From: an uncultured virus (IMG/VR IMGVR_UViG_3300049489_000353)
Taxonomy: Duplodnaviria; Heunggongvirae; Uroviricota; Caudoviricetes
Length of the DNA stretch: 64,000 bases
Direction: 5' to 3' (one strand)
IMG/VR virus record: IMGVR_UViG_3300049489_000353
Shown piece by piece: positions 12,245 through 25,845 of this stretch. How positions within the stretch are numbered: position 1 is the stretch's first letter; each line of letters starts with the position of its first letter. The notes under the pieces are model-generated. The model was not told the DNA's origin and ran no database searches. It was given only the letters and a program-made list of their open reading frames with translations. Position numbers and translations under genes: made by a program.

Positions 12245-13012
12245 ATGAAAATCCTCATTACCAGCGGCGGAACGAAGATAGCAATCGACCGTGTGCGCCA
12301 CATTGCGAACATGTCGTCTGGAACATTCGGTTCCAAGATTGCCTACGAGGCACTCAAAGCTGGTAATGCTGTCGAATTTTTCCATGCCAATGGATCCAAG
12401 ACACCATTTTTAGTGCATGAGAATCTTGCAGATTTTGATTATGTGCCTGGTGCTGGGCGGCAGCAGTTCGATGATCTGATAGAAAAAATGCATACATTTG
12501 ACCGTGAGGTTAAACTGTATCGTCCAGTTTATAAAGAAACAACCTACGATAGTTTCGCAACATATTTGCTGGGACTTGAGAAGCTTGTTAAAGATACCAA
12601 TCCAGACGCAATCATTCTGGCGGCGGCAGTATCCGACTATGGTGTGGATAATTACATGGACGGTAAGATCCGGTCGAAGGATTCGGATATGTCCATTAGG
12701 CTCAAGCTGCTTCCCAAGGTCATTTCCAAGGTAAGAGCATGGGCACCGAATTCCGTTCTCGTTGGTTTCAAGCTGCTTGTCGATAGCACCGACAATGAAC
12801 TTGTTGAGCGTGCATTTGACAGCATAAAAACTAATGATTGTGATTTGGTGGTCGCCAACGATTTGCGCGACATTAAAAACAACGCACATAAGCTCATTAT
12901 CGTTCGCAAGGATGGAACGACTGCGACATACACAACTGAATCGGTTCATGGTGATAAAAACGGTCTTGCCAAGGCTGTAATCAAAGAAACCATGAAACAG
13001 AAGAGGGGCTAA
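12245..13012 (+). CDS. coaB: Phosphopantothenate-cysteine ligase (CoaB/DFP)
   Basis: ILITSGGT..IDRVRHIANMSSG, AAAVSDY, VGFKL, DLVVAND motifs. Confidence 0.9.
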   Translation: MKILITSGGTKIAIDRVRHIANMSSGTFGSKIAYEALKAGNAVEFFHANGSKTPFLVHENLADFDYVPGAGRQQFDDLIEKMHTFDREVKLYRPVYKETTYDSFATYLLGLEKLVKDTNPDAIILAAAVSDYGVDNYMDGKIRSKDSDMSIRLKLLPKVISKVRAWAPNSVLVGFKLLVDSTDNELVERAFDSIKTNDCDLVVANDLRDIKNNAHKLIIVRKDGTTATYTTESVHGDKNGLAKAVIKETMKQKRG

Positions 13013-13013
13013 T

Positions 13014-14117
13014 ATGATCTTACTCGGAATAACTGGAAGTGTAGCGGCTATCATAAGCCACAAGATAGTCGAACAGTTGAAAAAATACGATGCAGAAGTA
13101 GAAGTTATCGTAACTCCTTCGGCAATGGCGTTTGTTGATATGTTGAAGCTGACTACAATAGCTTCAAGAATATGGATCGAGGAAGATGAATGGAAATGGA
13201 AGATAGAAAATGTTGAGTTTCCTATCTATAAAAAGAAATGGGCAAAGAACGATCCTGTTCTCCATGTTGAATTGCGTAGGCGTGCAAGCATGCTGGTCAT
13301 TGCTCCAGCGACAGCAAACACTATTGCAAAAATTGACACCGGACTGTGTGATAACTTGCTGACTTCCGTGGTTCTTGCCTGGGACAATAACAAGCCCATC
13401 GTTATTGCTCCAGCCATGAATACATACATGTGGGAAAATCAAAGAACCCAAAATCATATCAGCAGATTGCGTATGTATGGATGCAGAATTGTGGAACCAC
13501 AAACCAAGGTTCTGGCATGTGGTGATGAAGGTTGTGGTGCATTAGCTGACATCAGCGACATTATGAAAGCTGTAACACAGCGTTCGTCGCCATTGGATAA
13601 GTGGTGGTTCCCGTTGAAAGACTGCAATGGTATACCACTGAACCCACATCCAGGCGCATTTGGGTACGCTCGCAAAGAATCCAGGCATACGGGTGTAGAT
13701 TTGTACACACATGAAGGTAGCGAAGTGTACGCCGTTGAACCAGGCAGAGTCGTAAGTGTAGAACATTTCACAGGAGAATGGGACGGTTCTCCGTGGTGGA
13801 ACAACACCGATTGCATTCTGGTTGAAGGGGAAACTGGCGTTGTGTGTTACGGAGAAATACAGACCAATAGAAAAGTTGGTGAATATGTTCAGAAAGGTGA
13901 ACATATCGCCAATGTGAAGCGCGTGATCAAAGAGGGCAGAGAACATCCAGAGATAACTGGTTGGTCGCCGTCCATGCTGCATTTGGAGCTATACAGTAGC
14001 GGTGTTCAGAAAGCATCAAGTGGGTTTACCGCTGAATTGCGTGATCCCACACCGCTCCTACTTGATGCCTATGATGGTCCAAACAAAAGCTTCACCTACG
14101 AATTTTATAAACCGTGA
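13014..14117 (+). CDS. coaC: Phosphopantothenoylcysteine decarboxylase (CoaC) fused to an M23-peptidase-like domain
   Basis: LGITGSVAA, APATANTIAK, APAMNTYMW, LACGDEG; C-terminal HTGVDL...LHLEL. Confidence 0.85.
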   Translation: MILLGITGSVAAIISHKIVEQLKKYDAEVEVIVTPSAMAFVDMLKLTTIASRIWIEEDEWKWKIENVEFPIYKKKWAKNDPVLHVELRRRASMLVIAPATANTIAKIDTGLCDNLLTSVVLAWDNNKPIVIAPAMNTYMWENQRTQNHISRLRMYGCRIVEPQTKVLACGDEGCGALADISDIMKAVTQRSSPLDKWWFPLKDCNGIPLNPHPGAFGYARKESRHTGVDLYTHEGSEVYAVEPGRVVSVEHFTGEWDGSPWWNNTDCILVEGETGVVCYGEIQTNRKVGEYVQKGEHIANVKRVIKEGREHPEITGWSPSMLHLELYSSGVQKASSGFTAELRDPTPLLLDAYDGPNKSFTYEFYKP

Positions 14118-15325
14118 GAAAGGAATCAAAATGACCGAAGTAATTAAAGCAGTTGTTTGGGATAGAGGTATCCACGAAATCGACGGTAAGAAAGTCTATA
14201 AGTACCTTATAGGGACTATTCTCGTCACCGACGAACCTATTGATGGCATTACTCCGGGCGATAATGTCCTTATGGGTGAAGTTGAGGGTGAAAATGATAT
14301 TACAAGTGCATTGTCACGAATGAAAAAATATAAACCACCTTACACTCTAGGCGACTTGTCAACTGCAATACTTGACATTGCCGACATGACTCCCGATGAT
14401 ATGAAACAAGAGGGTGATGAAGATGACTAAAAAGAAACTTATTGATGGATATGTAGGATGCGAAAACTGCAAGACCCTTAATAATATTAGGGGTAAATCC
14501 ATCTATGAATTTGGTGGGAAAAGATATTATAAAAAAACTTGTGTTAATTGCGGGTGGGAAGCAATTCCTTTTAAAGAAACTAAAGGAGCTTAAAGATGCC
14601 CGAGGAAATTAATTCTGACGATTTTTTTGAAGTAGGAACCTTCAAAAATCCATGCTGTCGTAAGCATTGGGAAGAGAGAAATAAAAAGAAAGCGGTAGGT
14701 AAGGATGGGGTTCTGTGGAATCCTATTGGCATGCCATTTATTATGTGCAAAGTCTGTGGTAACAAACGCTGCCCTAAAGCAACTGATTGTTCGCTTGAAT
14801 GCACTGGCTCAAATGAGCCTGGGCAAAAGGGTTCTGTTTACGGCGAGCCGCTATAATAAAAGCTTTGACTTATAAAAACGGCATTCACAATACTCATAGA
14901 GAATAAAAGATGCTTCCAGCCAATAAAAATTATTACATTGTTTGGGACAGAAAAGCTAAGGGACCATACCTGGCATGGAAGAAAGGTATCGATTTTTATG
15001 CCGAGTTTATGGGTGAATACAAAATAGATAGAGTTATTGTCAGTTGTATTCCCGTTATATTACCATCAAATAAGAACGCGAATAACTGGATATTAGCCGA
15101 CGAGGAAAAGCCTTTTGTCAGAGACATGTATGATGTGAGTCCCGATATTCTGACATATGACTCAAAACAACATGCCATTTGCGAATGTTTCTACACATAT
15201 GGCATGTCTGGATCTGAGTGGTGTGATTCGGAATCTATGGGTGCATATGACAGACAGAGATACGATCCAGACTATTGGAAGCCGATGCCGACCATTGAAG
15301 ACATGGAAAGAATAGTTAAAGGAAC

Positions 15326-15970
15326 TTGCATATGAGTACAAAAATATACAACGCATACAAATATCGTAAATCTATCGATAAGTTAATGAGTCATATCATT
15401 GACTATCGCATAAAATGGACTGATTGGCAGATTAACAGGTTACATGATCTGCTCGTTGGAATACGAGACATGGGAAGTGGCGAAAAACATGCTAAACTAT
15501 TCGATAAAGAATTTTTATTATGTGATGCGGTCGATGCCGCCATCAAAACAGATAACGAAAAGATGCTTAAGACACATTTCGATGTATTTGATGTGAGTGG
15601 GTCTGTTGTTGTATATTTTCATAAGAAAAATATATATGTTCAAACATTCTTGGAACCGTGTTATACAAATTTTGGTAAACCACCGGAATTTTTGACGAAT
15701 GATATGGTTGATTTCCACTACCAAAATCAAACCGATCCATCGTATGTATATATGGATGGATATAAATCGTTTTCACCAAAGAAAAAGAAATCTCTAGAAT
15801 TGGATTGGAATAATCGTAAAAAAGTATGGGATGATATTTTTAATGATAAGGCTCAATCATTTTCCGAGGCTGGATTAACATACGAAATGACACCAAGCTC
15901 ATTTTTAGTAACATATAAGTTATTTGACCTTATTCGTGATAAAAAGATACTACAACTGAAAAGAAGTTGA
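15326..15970 (+). CDS. Hypothetical phage protein
   Basis: 214-aa ORF; likely start MSTKIY at 15332. Confidence 0.6.
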   Translation: MHMSTKIYNAYKYRKSIDKLMSHIIDYRIKWTDWQINRLHDLLVGIRDMGSGEKHAKLFDKEFLLCDAVDAAIKTDNEKMLKTHFDVFDVSGSVVVYFHKKNIYVQTFLEPCYTNFGKPPEFLTNDMVDFHYQNQTDPSYVYMDGYKSFSPKKKKSLELDWNNRKKVWDDIFNDKAQSFSEAGLTYEMTPSSFLVTYKLFDLIRDKKILQLKRS

Positions 15971-18774
15971 TAGTTTAATAATCATATAAAAAGGAGTCTA
16001 AACATGAGATACCCCGTTGCTTTCGATAGAGTCAATTCCAAACCAGAGACAGACGAGCAGAAGGAAGCCCGTAAAAGGCGGCTTGAAGAAGCCAAGCGCC
16101 GTGAACAACAGTGGCTTGCAGAATCTTCTGTGGTCGATGGTGTGCCCGGTCGTTGTGTTGTTATCAGCCGCGATGATAAAACATTGTGGGTGGATAAGAA
16201 ACTGGTCGAAATGTGGCACAACGATCCCGACAGCATCTTATACCGCTACAATGATATCGAAATTCTTTCTGGCACGGCTGGGTATATCTTAAAGACCAAA
16301 GATGGTCGGATACACCAGCAAGTTACGATTGTAAGTTAAATTATGCAATATGATATAGACCATGTGACGATTCTTAACGCAGCCATACGAACATATGGCG
16401 AGGGAACACAGATAAGCAATATTTGCTACCTTGATACGGTCGGTGAATATATTTCGCTATATGTAACGCCTCCAGCAAATCGTAGCTTCAAAGGTAGATT
16501 TTTCTATCGGAAGCAGTCATTTGACGCGAAAGCCACGGATGATTCACATAGAGCCGTTTAAGAAATACACCAAGAAAGAGATTATGGCTTTCTTGGAATA
16601 CAACGAAGCGCAGTTGAAATTGGCAGAACAGCAACGCTTGGTGGTGTTCTTCGATGGCTGTATGTATGGCGTCTACTTGTTCCAATTCCTTCGAGATAAC
16701 TACAAGCGGCTAGAGGACTTACGAATTTCTTGACTTTTATAGAATGGCTATATAGTTGGGTGTTATAAGGAGAACACCATGGCTTTTTTCAAGGATCTTG
16801 TTGAAGGTAACGGTAAGACCATCGAGCAGAATAACTTGGCTACGACACACAAGTATCCAATCGGAACGCTGGTACAGTTCGAAACGGAAACATGCCACGG
16901 CAAGTGCGTAACCAAGACGAGCGGCACGCTGTATGTGATGGAGCATACGCGAGACTGTGATGGCACGCCACTATATAGTCTTGGAGCCATGGATCTGTCT
17001 AATGAAGGAAACATGCAAGATTATAACGATTATGGTTCTAACCAGCATCATTTTGTCCGTCGTATCTTGCGTAAGGGTCTGTATGACATGATATACAATT
17101 TCGGTGAAGATAGCTTGAAGCCGGTTGAGAAGTAACATGAAGAATCCACACAAGCATTTTTCCATTCGCAACAAGGTGACGGGAAAGCACCTGAACAACC
17201 ACGGTGGTTGGAACGATGCAATGTTCCGTGAGCAGCCACACATGCCTGGGACGCGGTTCTGGAAAAACCTGCCGTTCGCTTTCAACTACATGGATCGTCT
17301 TACATCAGAGTTTGGCTCGTCGCTGGTGGATCTGGAAGTGGTTGATGCAACTGGTGCGATACAAACTCGACCAAAAAATGAGTGGCTTGAGAACGGCGGC
17401 ATCATAAACAAGAAAGATACCTAACCATGAGCTACATTCGTTCTACTTCGAATACTGAGCATATCTACATATTCGAATCCAGTGCTGGTATCGAATTGAT
17501 GAAGGGACCGGGGGAACAATTTGTTATTCCTCCGAGTATCTTTAGGAACCTCATTCGGAAGTACATTCTGGATCAAGGATGCACCGAGGACTACAAGTAT
17601 CGGGGCGCATCATTGAAGTTTTATGTTGATGGTGGCACATGTCTCTGGCACTTGAAGTATAAGGGTATTGATTTTTCCATGTCTGGTGTGGTTCTTGAAT
17701 ATCTTGTCAATGGGCAACCATGGGACTTCTGCACCAAGAAAGAATATGCAGAGTACCATCGCAGCCACTTGTTCAAGTTTTCGCCGTGGAATAAAAGGAA
17801 AACCAAATGAAGCTTAATAAAGAGCGATGCATAGTCGCTTCGGTTTGGATGGAACATTGTAAGAGCATTGAGATATACGAGGGTGTTGGTGGTCCACTTA
17901 AAGGTTGTATGAATAGTTTTATCAAGGAACGCAAGGACAAGATGAAGTATCTTGAAAAGAAATATCCTTGGCTAAAAGGTATTGTAAAAATCCTTTCCTC
18001 CAAAACCCCTTGTCAAATTGGCAAGTACGAATTATAAAATACTTGCTGTTCAAAAACCATCAATAAAATAGCGCACCAAGGAGCTTTCCGTGCTGCAAAT
18101 TGAATTTAAAATGGGTAATGACACCTATAATCTTGATGCGACATGTTTTGGATGCGATATATTTATGAACAAGTCCCACTTAGACACTATTCATGGTGAT
18201 GGTGATGGTCTGACGGAAGGACATTGGATCGGTAAAGCTGTCGAATATATTGTTAATCAAGATACAAGTCCCGCCCAACCAGACGTTTTAACTTTAAAAA
18301 ACCACGCTGAACGCTACGGAAACACATAAGGAAATCCCATGACTAAAAACACCTTCGAGTTGAATATCTCCATGAAGGGTACTGATAAAGCCGCCTTGAG
18401 GCAGAAGTTAGTCGAAATCATCAAAGAATTTGACGATGATTACGGCAAGCCCAGGCAGGGAATCATGGGTGAATTTAATCTTGAAACGAAAATATCGACG
18501 CCGATTTGGGACGGTAAAGAGTATTGATATGGATATTCGTCATCACGAAAATGGTGACTCTGACTTCACATTTTCTGTGAATATGAATGTTGGTTGTTCC
18601 GATAAACGAGGATCGACTGTTACAATTGGCAGCCTATTGAGATACGAAATTTGTTATTGCGAGGAAGATAAATGCTATTCTATTGTTGATGTCGATGGTT
18701 GGACTATTCAAAGTAAATTAGAATCCAAGGCAGCTTGTATTGATTGGCTGATAGAGTCGCTTGGCGGCAAATAA

Positions 18775-19071
18775 TTATCGTTCAACCGATAAAAGTATTC
18801 CGTAGATAGCCTTGCGGCTTATCCAGCCGTTTACATGACCTTTGTTATTGGAAATTTGATACTGACCATGACTCATAGCTGTAACTAGATGAAGATACTG
18901 ATGACCATTGACTTTACACAATACGATATTACCGACTTGTATATCACCATACGGAACAACGGTGCATAGATCACCAGATTTTATCTTCGGTTGCATGGAA
19001 TTGCCTTTTGGACGAAACTTGACAGTCTCACCATTACGCAACCTTTCAATATGTGTTGATGCCCAGCCCAT
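18775..19071 (-). CDS. Peptidase S24/S26-like beta-domain protein
   Basis: GNSMQPKIKSGD, LH. Confidence 0.6.
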   Translation of the reverse strand: MGWASTHIERLRNGETVKFRPKGNSMQPKIKSGDLCTVVPYGDIQVGNIVLCKVNGHQYLHLVTAMSHGQYQISNNKGHVNGWISRKAIYGILLSVER

Positions 19072-21246
19072 AGATTGGTAATTATATAGATATTTTTAAA
19101 AGACAAGAGTATATTTGTATGTTGATGACTTAAAATAACTTATGAATTCAGCTTAAGAGACTGAATTTGAATTGATCTATAAAAAATCAAGATATCATGT
19201 CAGCATGATCAATGGATTTGATTCTGTTGAAGCGTATGCTCGTATGAACCATATCGTTGATATATGTCGTGGCAATCTGTTATATACAAGCTGGGAAGAT
19301 TTACCCGATGAAGTGCGGCAATCATATATGAACGAAGCCGAGGTTGCTGAATATGTTTTGACCGTTGATGATATGAAAGACATTTCCATTTGCCTTTCCA
19401 ATCTTAAGGAAAACCATGCTTAAACGATACCGAGTTGCTAAAAATTCTTCTAGTTGGTGGCTTGAAGAAAGCTTTTTTTATTTTTGGTTTAAGCCAATTC
19501 CGATTGTCCGCTATGAAGTGATTTTAAGGGATGGTCTAGCGGCTGGTTGTAAGGTAACCAGCCCAAAACAACTTGTCGTAAAGTTTGCAGATGACGCAGA
19601 GTTTTTTATCAGCGTAAACAAACATCTTCAAAATGCTTTAAAAGAAGCGGAGCCGGTCAGGTCTAGTGCATTTACGGTTCATAATTACGAAAATCATGTT
19701 GATACTCTTGACTTAGATGAGGTATAAGCACGATGGCAAAATTCGAATATAGGATATCAGAGCAGGATCGTGTTTGCCGACTATGTGGTAAGAAAATTGA
19801 TCGTGGTTTATTTGGCATCGTTTTGCTGGATTGCCACATATCAGCTAAAATATTAGATTTGCATTTTCACGAACAATGTTTTTTCGAATCGTTGGAAACA
19901 GCAAAAGAAAACTATACGGATACTATCATATCTAATTACTGTGGTAAACTTCGTGTTAAAACAACTGACAAGACAACACCATAGCACACCCTTTAAAAAT
20001 GTCATTGACTTCAATCAGTTAGTGTGTAAAGTACACTCATGAACACAGATCCCATATACCTCGCTCTTCGAAACCTCCTTGAAATCAAGAAGGCGGTAAG
20101 CTACTTCGAAGTTGCTTCGGTTGCTGGAGTTAAGCGAAAGGTTGCTCTGGAAGCAATCGTCGCTAACAAACATTTGCTAGGTATGGACGAAAAAGGACGG
20201 GTTACCAGATTCGCCACCGATAAGATGTTGCGTGAGCGAAAAGCCGCATTGGCGTATGCCCGTGGTGAAGTATATACTACACATGATGTAAACTATGGAT
20301 CGGATAAGGAAATTAAGGTTGCTGATGCGTTTAAGGAAAAAATTATTGATCTTGAAATACCATATTGTGTCGGTGGTTTGGGTGATAATTATTGGACGCG
20401 GTATGTTATCGTGTCGGAAAAAACTTGTGATGAAATGCGAAAGCGTGGCTTTATCCCATATGACGAATATTTGGAAAAACTTACCGATAAAGTCGAAGAT
20501 GCTTGGATAAGCACCATCAGGAGCGCACCATGAAAATATTTAAGATACGCAATTTGAAAACTGGACTCTTTTCTAAGGGTGGGCATTGTCCTCGATGGTC
20601 GAAGAAGGGAAAGGTATGGACTAATATAGGACATGTCAAATCCCATATAAACAATATTGCTCGTCATGTAAAAGATATAGAATATTGGGAGGTTGTTGAA
20701 TATGAATTGGTTGAGACAACGATTAGTTCGATGCGTGTGCAAGACATCATCAACGAAAAGCTGCAAGCAGAGCATGACAAGGAAGAAGCACGAAAGCGTC
20801 AAATAGCTGCCCAACAGGAGCTTAAAGATAAAATTATAAGAAAGTTAAGTGCCACCGAGCGTAAAGTTTTGGGTTTATAGAAAGAACACCAAGACCATGG
20901 ATATCATCAAAGAAATAGAGTTTCTTACCGAAGCCTATAAAAAGGCTAAAGACAAGAGCGAATTTGTTTCTAAAATGGTTGAGTTATATAACACACATCA
21001 GATATCAAAAAATGCATTTGATACGATGTTGAGTATGATTGCCAATTCTGGTGGGAATGTAAAAAAGCCGGGGTCGTATGTTGAGAGTGTTGAAACACAA
21101 AACGAAGAATTGATAGATAAGTTGGCATGTGCAGAAGAGGAAATAGAACAACTGCGGAAAGAAATTAAAAAGTTGCAAAAACAGAATAATAAAACTCGAC
21201 CGTCTCCAGTAGTTGATCCGTGTTCTAGTTCACGAAGCACTAGCAG

Positions 21247-22146
21247 ATGCTAAACACAGTTAATGTTTTTGGGTTTGATGTGCCTGTTCGAACGCATTAT
21301 TGTTCGCGGGATGGTGAAACACCCGCTGATGTGATAGTGCCGTATACAGCCATATATGCTCGCGTAACTAATGTATGCCAGGCGGCGTGTAAATTTTGTG
21401 AGTTTCATGGAAAGAACAAACAAGAATTTAATACCGATACATTTAAAAATGTGTACACCGAAGTATCTCGTAAAATGAAAATTAAGAGGTTTAATTTCAC
21501 GGGTGGTGAGCCGACTATTCGTGCAGATTTGATCAGAGAAATTCTTCCATTCATCAAAGATTTGGATAAGAATACCGAAGTGACTATTAATACGAATGGG
21601 TATGACATTGAAAGTCTGTATGACATGTTGGATTATGTTGATAGCGTGTCGATGAGTCGCCACCATTACGATGACAATATAAATGCTAAAATATTTGGTA
21701 TGAGCAAGTGTCCATTTCCTACGGATAAAATCGCCAAATTTCCAAAGAAAAGCATTCTTAATTTCACTTGTAATCTTATGAGAGAACACATAAACAGTGC
21801 TGATGAGTGCCACAAATATGTGGAAACTTTTTCTAGTCTGGGAGTAACTTCATTTGGATTTGTTTCGTTGATGAATGTAAACGACTACACAAGAGACAAT
21901 GTAGTTGATTTTGAGTCGCTTCATTTTGCTGATAGAGACAATGTTCTGAATAACATCCAATGGAATAAAGGTAAGGCATGCAAGTGTCATAATTATCTTG
22001 TATATAACAAAGACGGAGTTATTTCCAAGGTGTATGCGAAATTCACCATGGATCTATGTAAGCACGAAAGTCTTATGTTTTATAGCGATAACATCTTACG
22101 CATGGGATTTAGCGGTCCTATTGTGTTCGATGGGTCTGGTCAGTAA
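21247..22146 (+). CDS. Radical SAM protein
   Basis: CQAACKFC (CxxxCxxC), FTGGEPT, INTNG. Confidence 0.9.
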   Translation: MLNTVNVFGFDVPVRTHYCSRDGETPADVIVPYTAIYARVTNVCQAACKFCEFHGKNKQEFNTDTFKNVYTEVSRKMKIKRFNFTGGEPTIRADLIREILPFIKDLDKNTEVTINTNGYDIESLYDMLDYVDSVSMSRHHYDDNINAKIFGMSKCPFPTDKIAKFPKKSILNFTCNLMREHINSADECHKYVETFSSLGVTSFGFVSLMNVNDYTRDNVVDFESLHFADRDNVLNNIQWNKGKACKCHNYLVYNKDGVISKVYAKFTMDLCKHESLMFYSDNILRMGFSGPIVFDGSGQ

Positions 22147-23319
22147 TTTTATCGGTTGCTCTGGAAATGAAAATTCATCAATTCTTCTAAGGAAATAACA
22201 TGACCAAGCGGCTAACCGAATCCGTTAGAGAACAATATCTTCGCAAAGCGTCTGAAAAGATATGTAAAGATGCCCAAGAAATAATGGCTTTTATTAAAGC
22301 CAAAGGTTTAGATTTTGTTCCAGAATCATGTTCACCCGAGCAAGAAGCTCAACATTGCTACTATGTTGCTAAAAAGATGTGGGAGAAAGATGGATATAGA
22401 GAAGATCCAACCGAATTCGTTAACATACGCAATCGAGAAAATGATTTTTTAAGAAATATACTTCCATGAAAATCCACCATACGGTTGGCGTCTATCCGAG
22501 CGGCACCATGAAACATAACGGTGTTTCGGAGCCACACTTGTTTGAACACATACAATATAACATGTCGTGGCGACCTGGGCGTGCATTGATCGTTGATGGT
22601 GTTTGTGTGTACCAAGGTGCTGTTTCAGATGATGTAATTACGAGTTCTTTAGAAACCATCAAAAAGATGAAGCCTATTGATAGGGACACACAACCATATC
22701 ATTAGCAATAGCTTATAAAAAGTGTTTTACTTTTTATGAGGTTATGTTAGAGTGCGCCTACAACATGACTGAGCCACCGAACGTTTCATATCCATCGTTA
22801 CGACCCAAGCCGTGGTTTGGACCCGATGATTTTGACGATACATTGGGAACCATCGAGGAACAGACGAAACTGCGTGAATTGGAAATTCAACAATGGGATG
22901 AAGCATGGAAGGCTCTTCCGTGGTATAAACGATTCATTCGAACACTATTTGATGAGGTTTCATCATGCAAAATCAAACCATAGAGAAATTTAAATATACG
23001 GCAGAAGATATCAAAAATCTCATTCTTGAAGATGTTCGTAAGCATTTGAAGTCGCCTATCACAAAACAGCGTGTCAAAATCTGGTTCGAAATCGGTGCCG
23101 AGCCTGGTGATGATAGCGAATTTCCCAATCATATTCTCAAGTCGGCGCACATTGACGCTGACATAACCGACCATTAAGGATATAAAAGTGACCAAAAAGC
23201 AACATACAAAATACATGCAGCTTATAAAGACATACCAGAAAAAAGTGAAGCTGCTTACTGATAAAGTCATATCCGACATAAACAAAATCAACTCCAAGCC
23301 ACGCTAAAAGGAATCTCCC

Positions 23320-24444
23320 ATGACTAAGACCAAGACCCCAGCCGCGACCGCAACCACAACCAACGACATCGAAATCGTTGTGTCATTTGACACAACTGGT
23401 TCCATGTATCCATGTCTCACACAAGTCAGACGCGAAGTAGTTACCTTCTTCAAGCGACTGTTCGCTGATATTCCCAACATCAAGCTGGGTGTCATTGCCC
23501 ACGGTGACTACTGCGACGAAGGCAGTACCTATGTCACCAAGGAACATGAATTGTCCACCAACGAATCGGCACTGGTCAAATTCGTACAGAATGTCGGCAA
23601 CACTGGCGGTGGTGACTCCGCTGAATGTTACGAACTCGTTCTCCACAAGGCACGCTCATTCAAGTGGACGGCTGGAAAGAGCAAGGTTCTCATTCTGATT
23701 GGCGACGATGTTCCCCACTCCCCGTCCGAAAGCCAGAACACCAAGAAACTGGATTGGCGCAACGAGTTGAATTGTCTCTTGGAAATGGGCGTCAAGGTCT
23801 ATGGCGTCCAGGCGCTTGGTCGCGGTCATGCAACCAAATTCTACAAGGAAATCGCCAAGATAACTGGTGGCTTCCACTTGACGCTAGATCAATTCTCCGA
23901 CATCACGAACCTCATTTACGCGGTCTGCTATCAGCAAGCTGGTCCCGAGCAGCTTAAGGAATTCGGCAAGCAGCTTTCCGAGAAGAAGCAGCTTTCGCGC
24001 AGCATGAGAATGAACGTCGGTCGCCTCATGGGCAAGGACGATGCCGAGTTGCTGTTCGAAATCCGCAAGGAATGTGGCGACACGGATCTGGCTGCGGTTC
24101 CCGCTGGTCGATTCCAAGTCCTCGAAGTCGAAAGCGACTGCCGCATTGACGAATTCGTGAAGGACAATGGACTTATCTTCCAGAAGGGTAAGGGCTTCTA
24201 CGAATTCACCAAGCCGGTCGATGTGCAGAGTTACAAAGAGGTCGTGCTGATGGACAAGAATACGGGTGACATGTTCACTGGTGAAAAAGCCAGAGAAATC
24301 ATGGGCATCCCCATCGGCACCAATGCTCGTTGCCGTCCAGAGACTTACGGCAGCAAGTATCGCGCCTTCATCCAATCCACCAGCTTGAATCGTAAGCTGC
24401 TGGGTGGAACGAAGTTCCTCTACGAAGTGGACATGACGAGATAA
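23320..24444 (+). CDS. von Willebrand factor A domain protein
   Basis: FDTTGSM MIDAS-like motif, GGGDSAECYE, ILIGDDVPH. Confidence 0.85.
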   Translation: MTKTKTPAATATTTNDIEIVVSFDTTGSMYPCLTQVRREVVTFFKRLFADIPNIKLGVIAHGDYCDEGSTYVTKEHELSTNESALVKFVQNVGNTGGGDSAECYELVLHKARSFKWTAGKSKVLILIGDDVPHSPSESQNTKKLDWRNELNCLLEMGVKVYGVQALGRGHATKFYKEIAKITGGFHLTLDQFSDITNLIYAVCYQQAGPEQLKEFGKQLSEKKQLSRSMRMNVGRLMGKDDAELLFEIRKECGDTDLAAVPAGRFQVLEVESDCRIDEFVKDNGLIFQKGKGFYEFTKPVDVQSYKEVVLMDKNTGDMFTGEKAREIMGIPIGTNARCRPETYGSKYRAFIQSTSLNRKLLGGTKFLYEVDMTR

Positions 24445-25395
24445 GCCATGAAAGACACTCGTACCAAGGAGCAAAAGCGATTCGACCGCAAGCAAGAAAT
24501 TCTCGGCACCATCATGGGCATCTACATGCGGAATAACCACATGAAGCCGCTGCCCATTGATGAAAAGACGCTGAATGAAATTGCGGATCATATCGCCCCG
24601 TTCTATGTCCCGCTGTCTCAAGCAGAATACGAGGATTTCAAGGCGACGGTGGCTGCGCTCAAAAGAAACCAGCCAGCCACCCATTGCATGAACCAGACGC
24701 TCAATAAAGTGCTTAAAAAATTCGATCTTTTCTGTTGAGGATTTATGACCAAGAAAATACTCCAAGTCCAGATACCAGAATCAATAGATACCTATTTTTT
24801 CGATGATACGCTTGATAACATTGCCGAAAAACTTCAAGCGTTAAAAAATAAGTATCAAGGCGATTTCACTAATTTACGCATCAGCGTTGATGTCGATTGT
24901 GATAATATTGATATGACGCTACATGGCGAGCGCGAAGAAACAAATGCCGAGTACACTGACCGCATCAAGAAGGAGCAGAAAGCAGCCGAACGAAAGCGGC
25001 TAATAAAAGAACGAAAAGAATTCAAAAAGCGGCAAGAGGAAATGGCAAAGGGAGCCAGGCAAAAGGAAGATGAATTTAAATCCGCATTTGGTATTCCAAA
25101 AACAGTTGATTTGAAGCAACTGAAAAGCGGGTTGAAGGAATTTTTTGACGAGATAAAAGATGCTCAAGAACCTCAATGAATGGTGGGATAATGTGCCAGA
25201 ACCGAGACGAATGGTGTATTTTATTATCATCATGCATCCCGTCTATTTGATAGGTGCGTTTCCTATATATAGTGTCATAGGAACACTCGTCATCATGGCA
25301 TGGGCATACACAAGAATTTAAAATAATAAACATTATGAAACTTGGTGGGTTGAATATGATAAATATTGGTTACAATGGGGTCGAAGGACGATTTA

Positions 25396-25845
25396 ATGGG
25401 ATCTTGGCAACAGTGTACCAAGTGTCAAATCTATAAATTAGAGTGTGAATTTTCGAAAAATGGTCGAGGCGGAAATCGCACTATTTGCCGATCCTGTGAA
25501 GGTGAGCGCAAGAATTTATGGGATATCGTCAATAAAGAAAAAATTTTATATCGATTGGCAAAACGCCGAGCCGGTAAATTAAAAATAAAATTCAATATAA
25601 AAGTTGATGATATCGTTATTCCCGATATATGTCCGGTCTTAAAGATACCTATATATCGTGACAGTGACGGTTTATGCGCAAATTCGCCTTCATTGGATCG
25701 TATAGATCCAAACAAGGGATATGTAAAAGGAAATGTCCGAGTTATCTCATTTAGAGCCAACACATTAAAAAACAATGCCACGATGCGTGAGCTAACCATG
25801 CTCATGCGCGATGCCCGCAATCTCTACACTTTTAAAAATACTTGA
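25396..25845 (+). CDS. HNH-type endonuclease
   Basis: CxxC pairs, PSLDRIDPNKGYVKGNVRVISFRAN. Confidence 0.8.
   Translation: MGSWQQCTKCQIYKLECEFSKNGRGGNRTICRSCEGERKNLWDIVNKEKILYRLAKRRAGKLKIKFNIKVDDIVIPDICPVLKIPIYRDSDGLCANSPSLDRIDPNKGYVKGNVRVISFRANTLKNNATMRELTMLMRDARNLYTFKNT

Noticed and set aside
23884..24765. 293-aa minus-strand ORF
   Set aside because: Antisense shadow of the codon-biased vWA gene and its neighbour.
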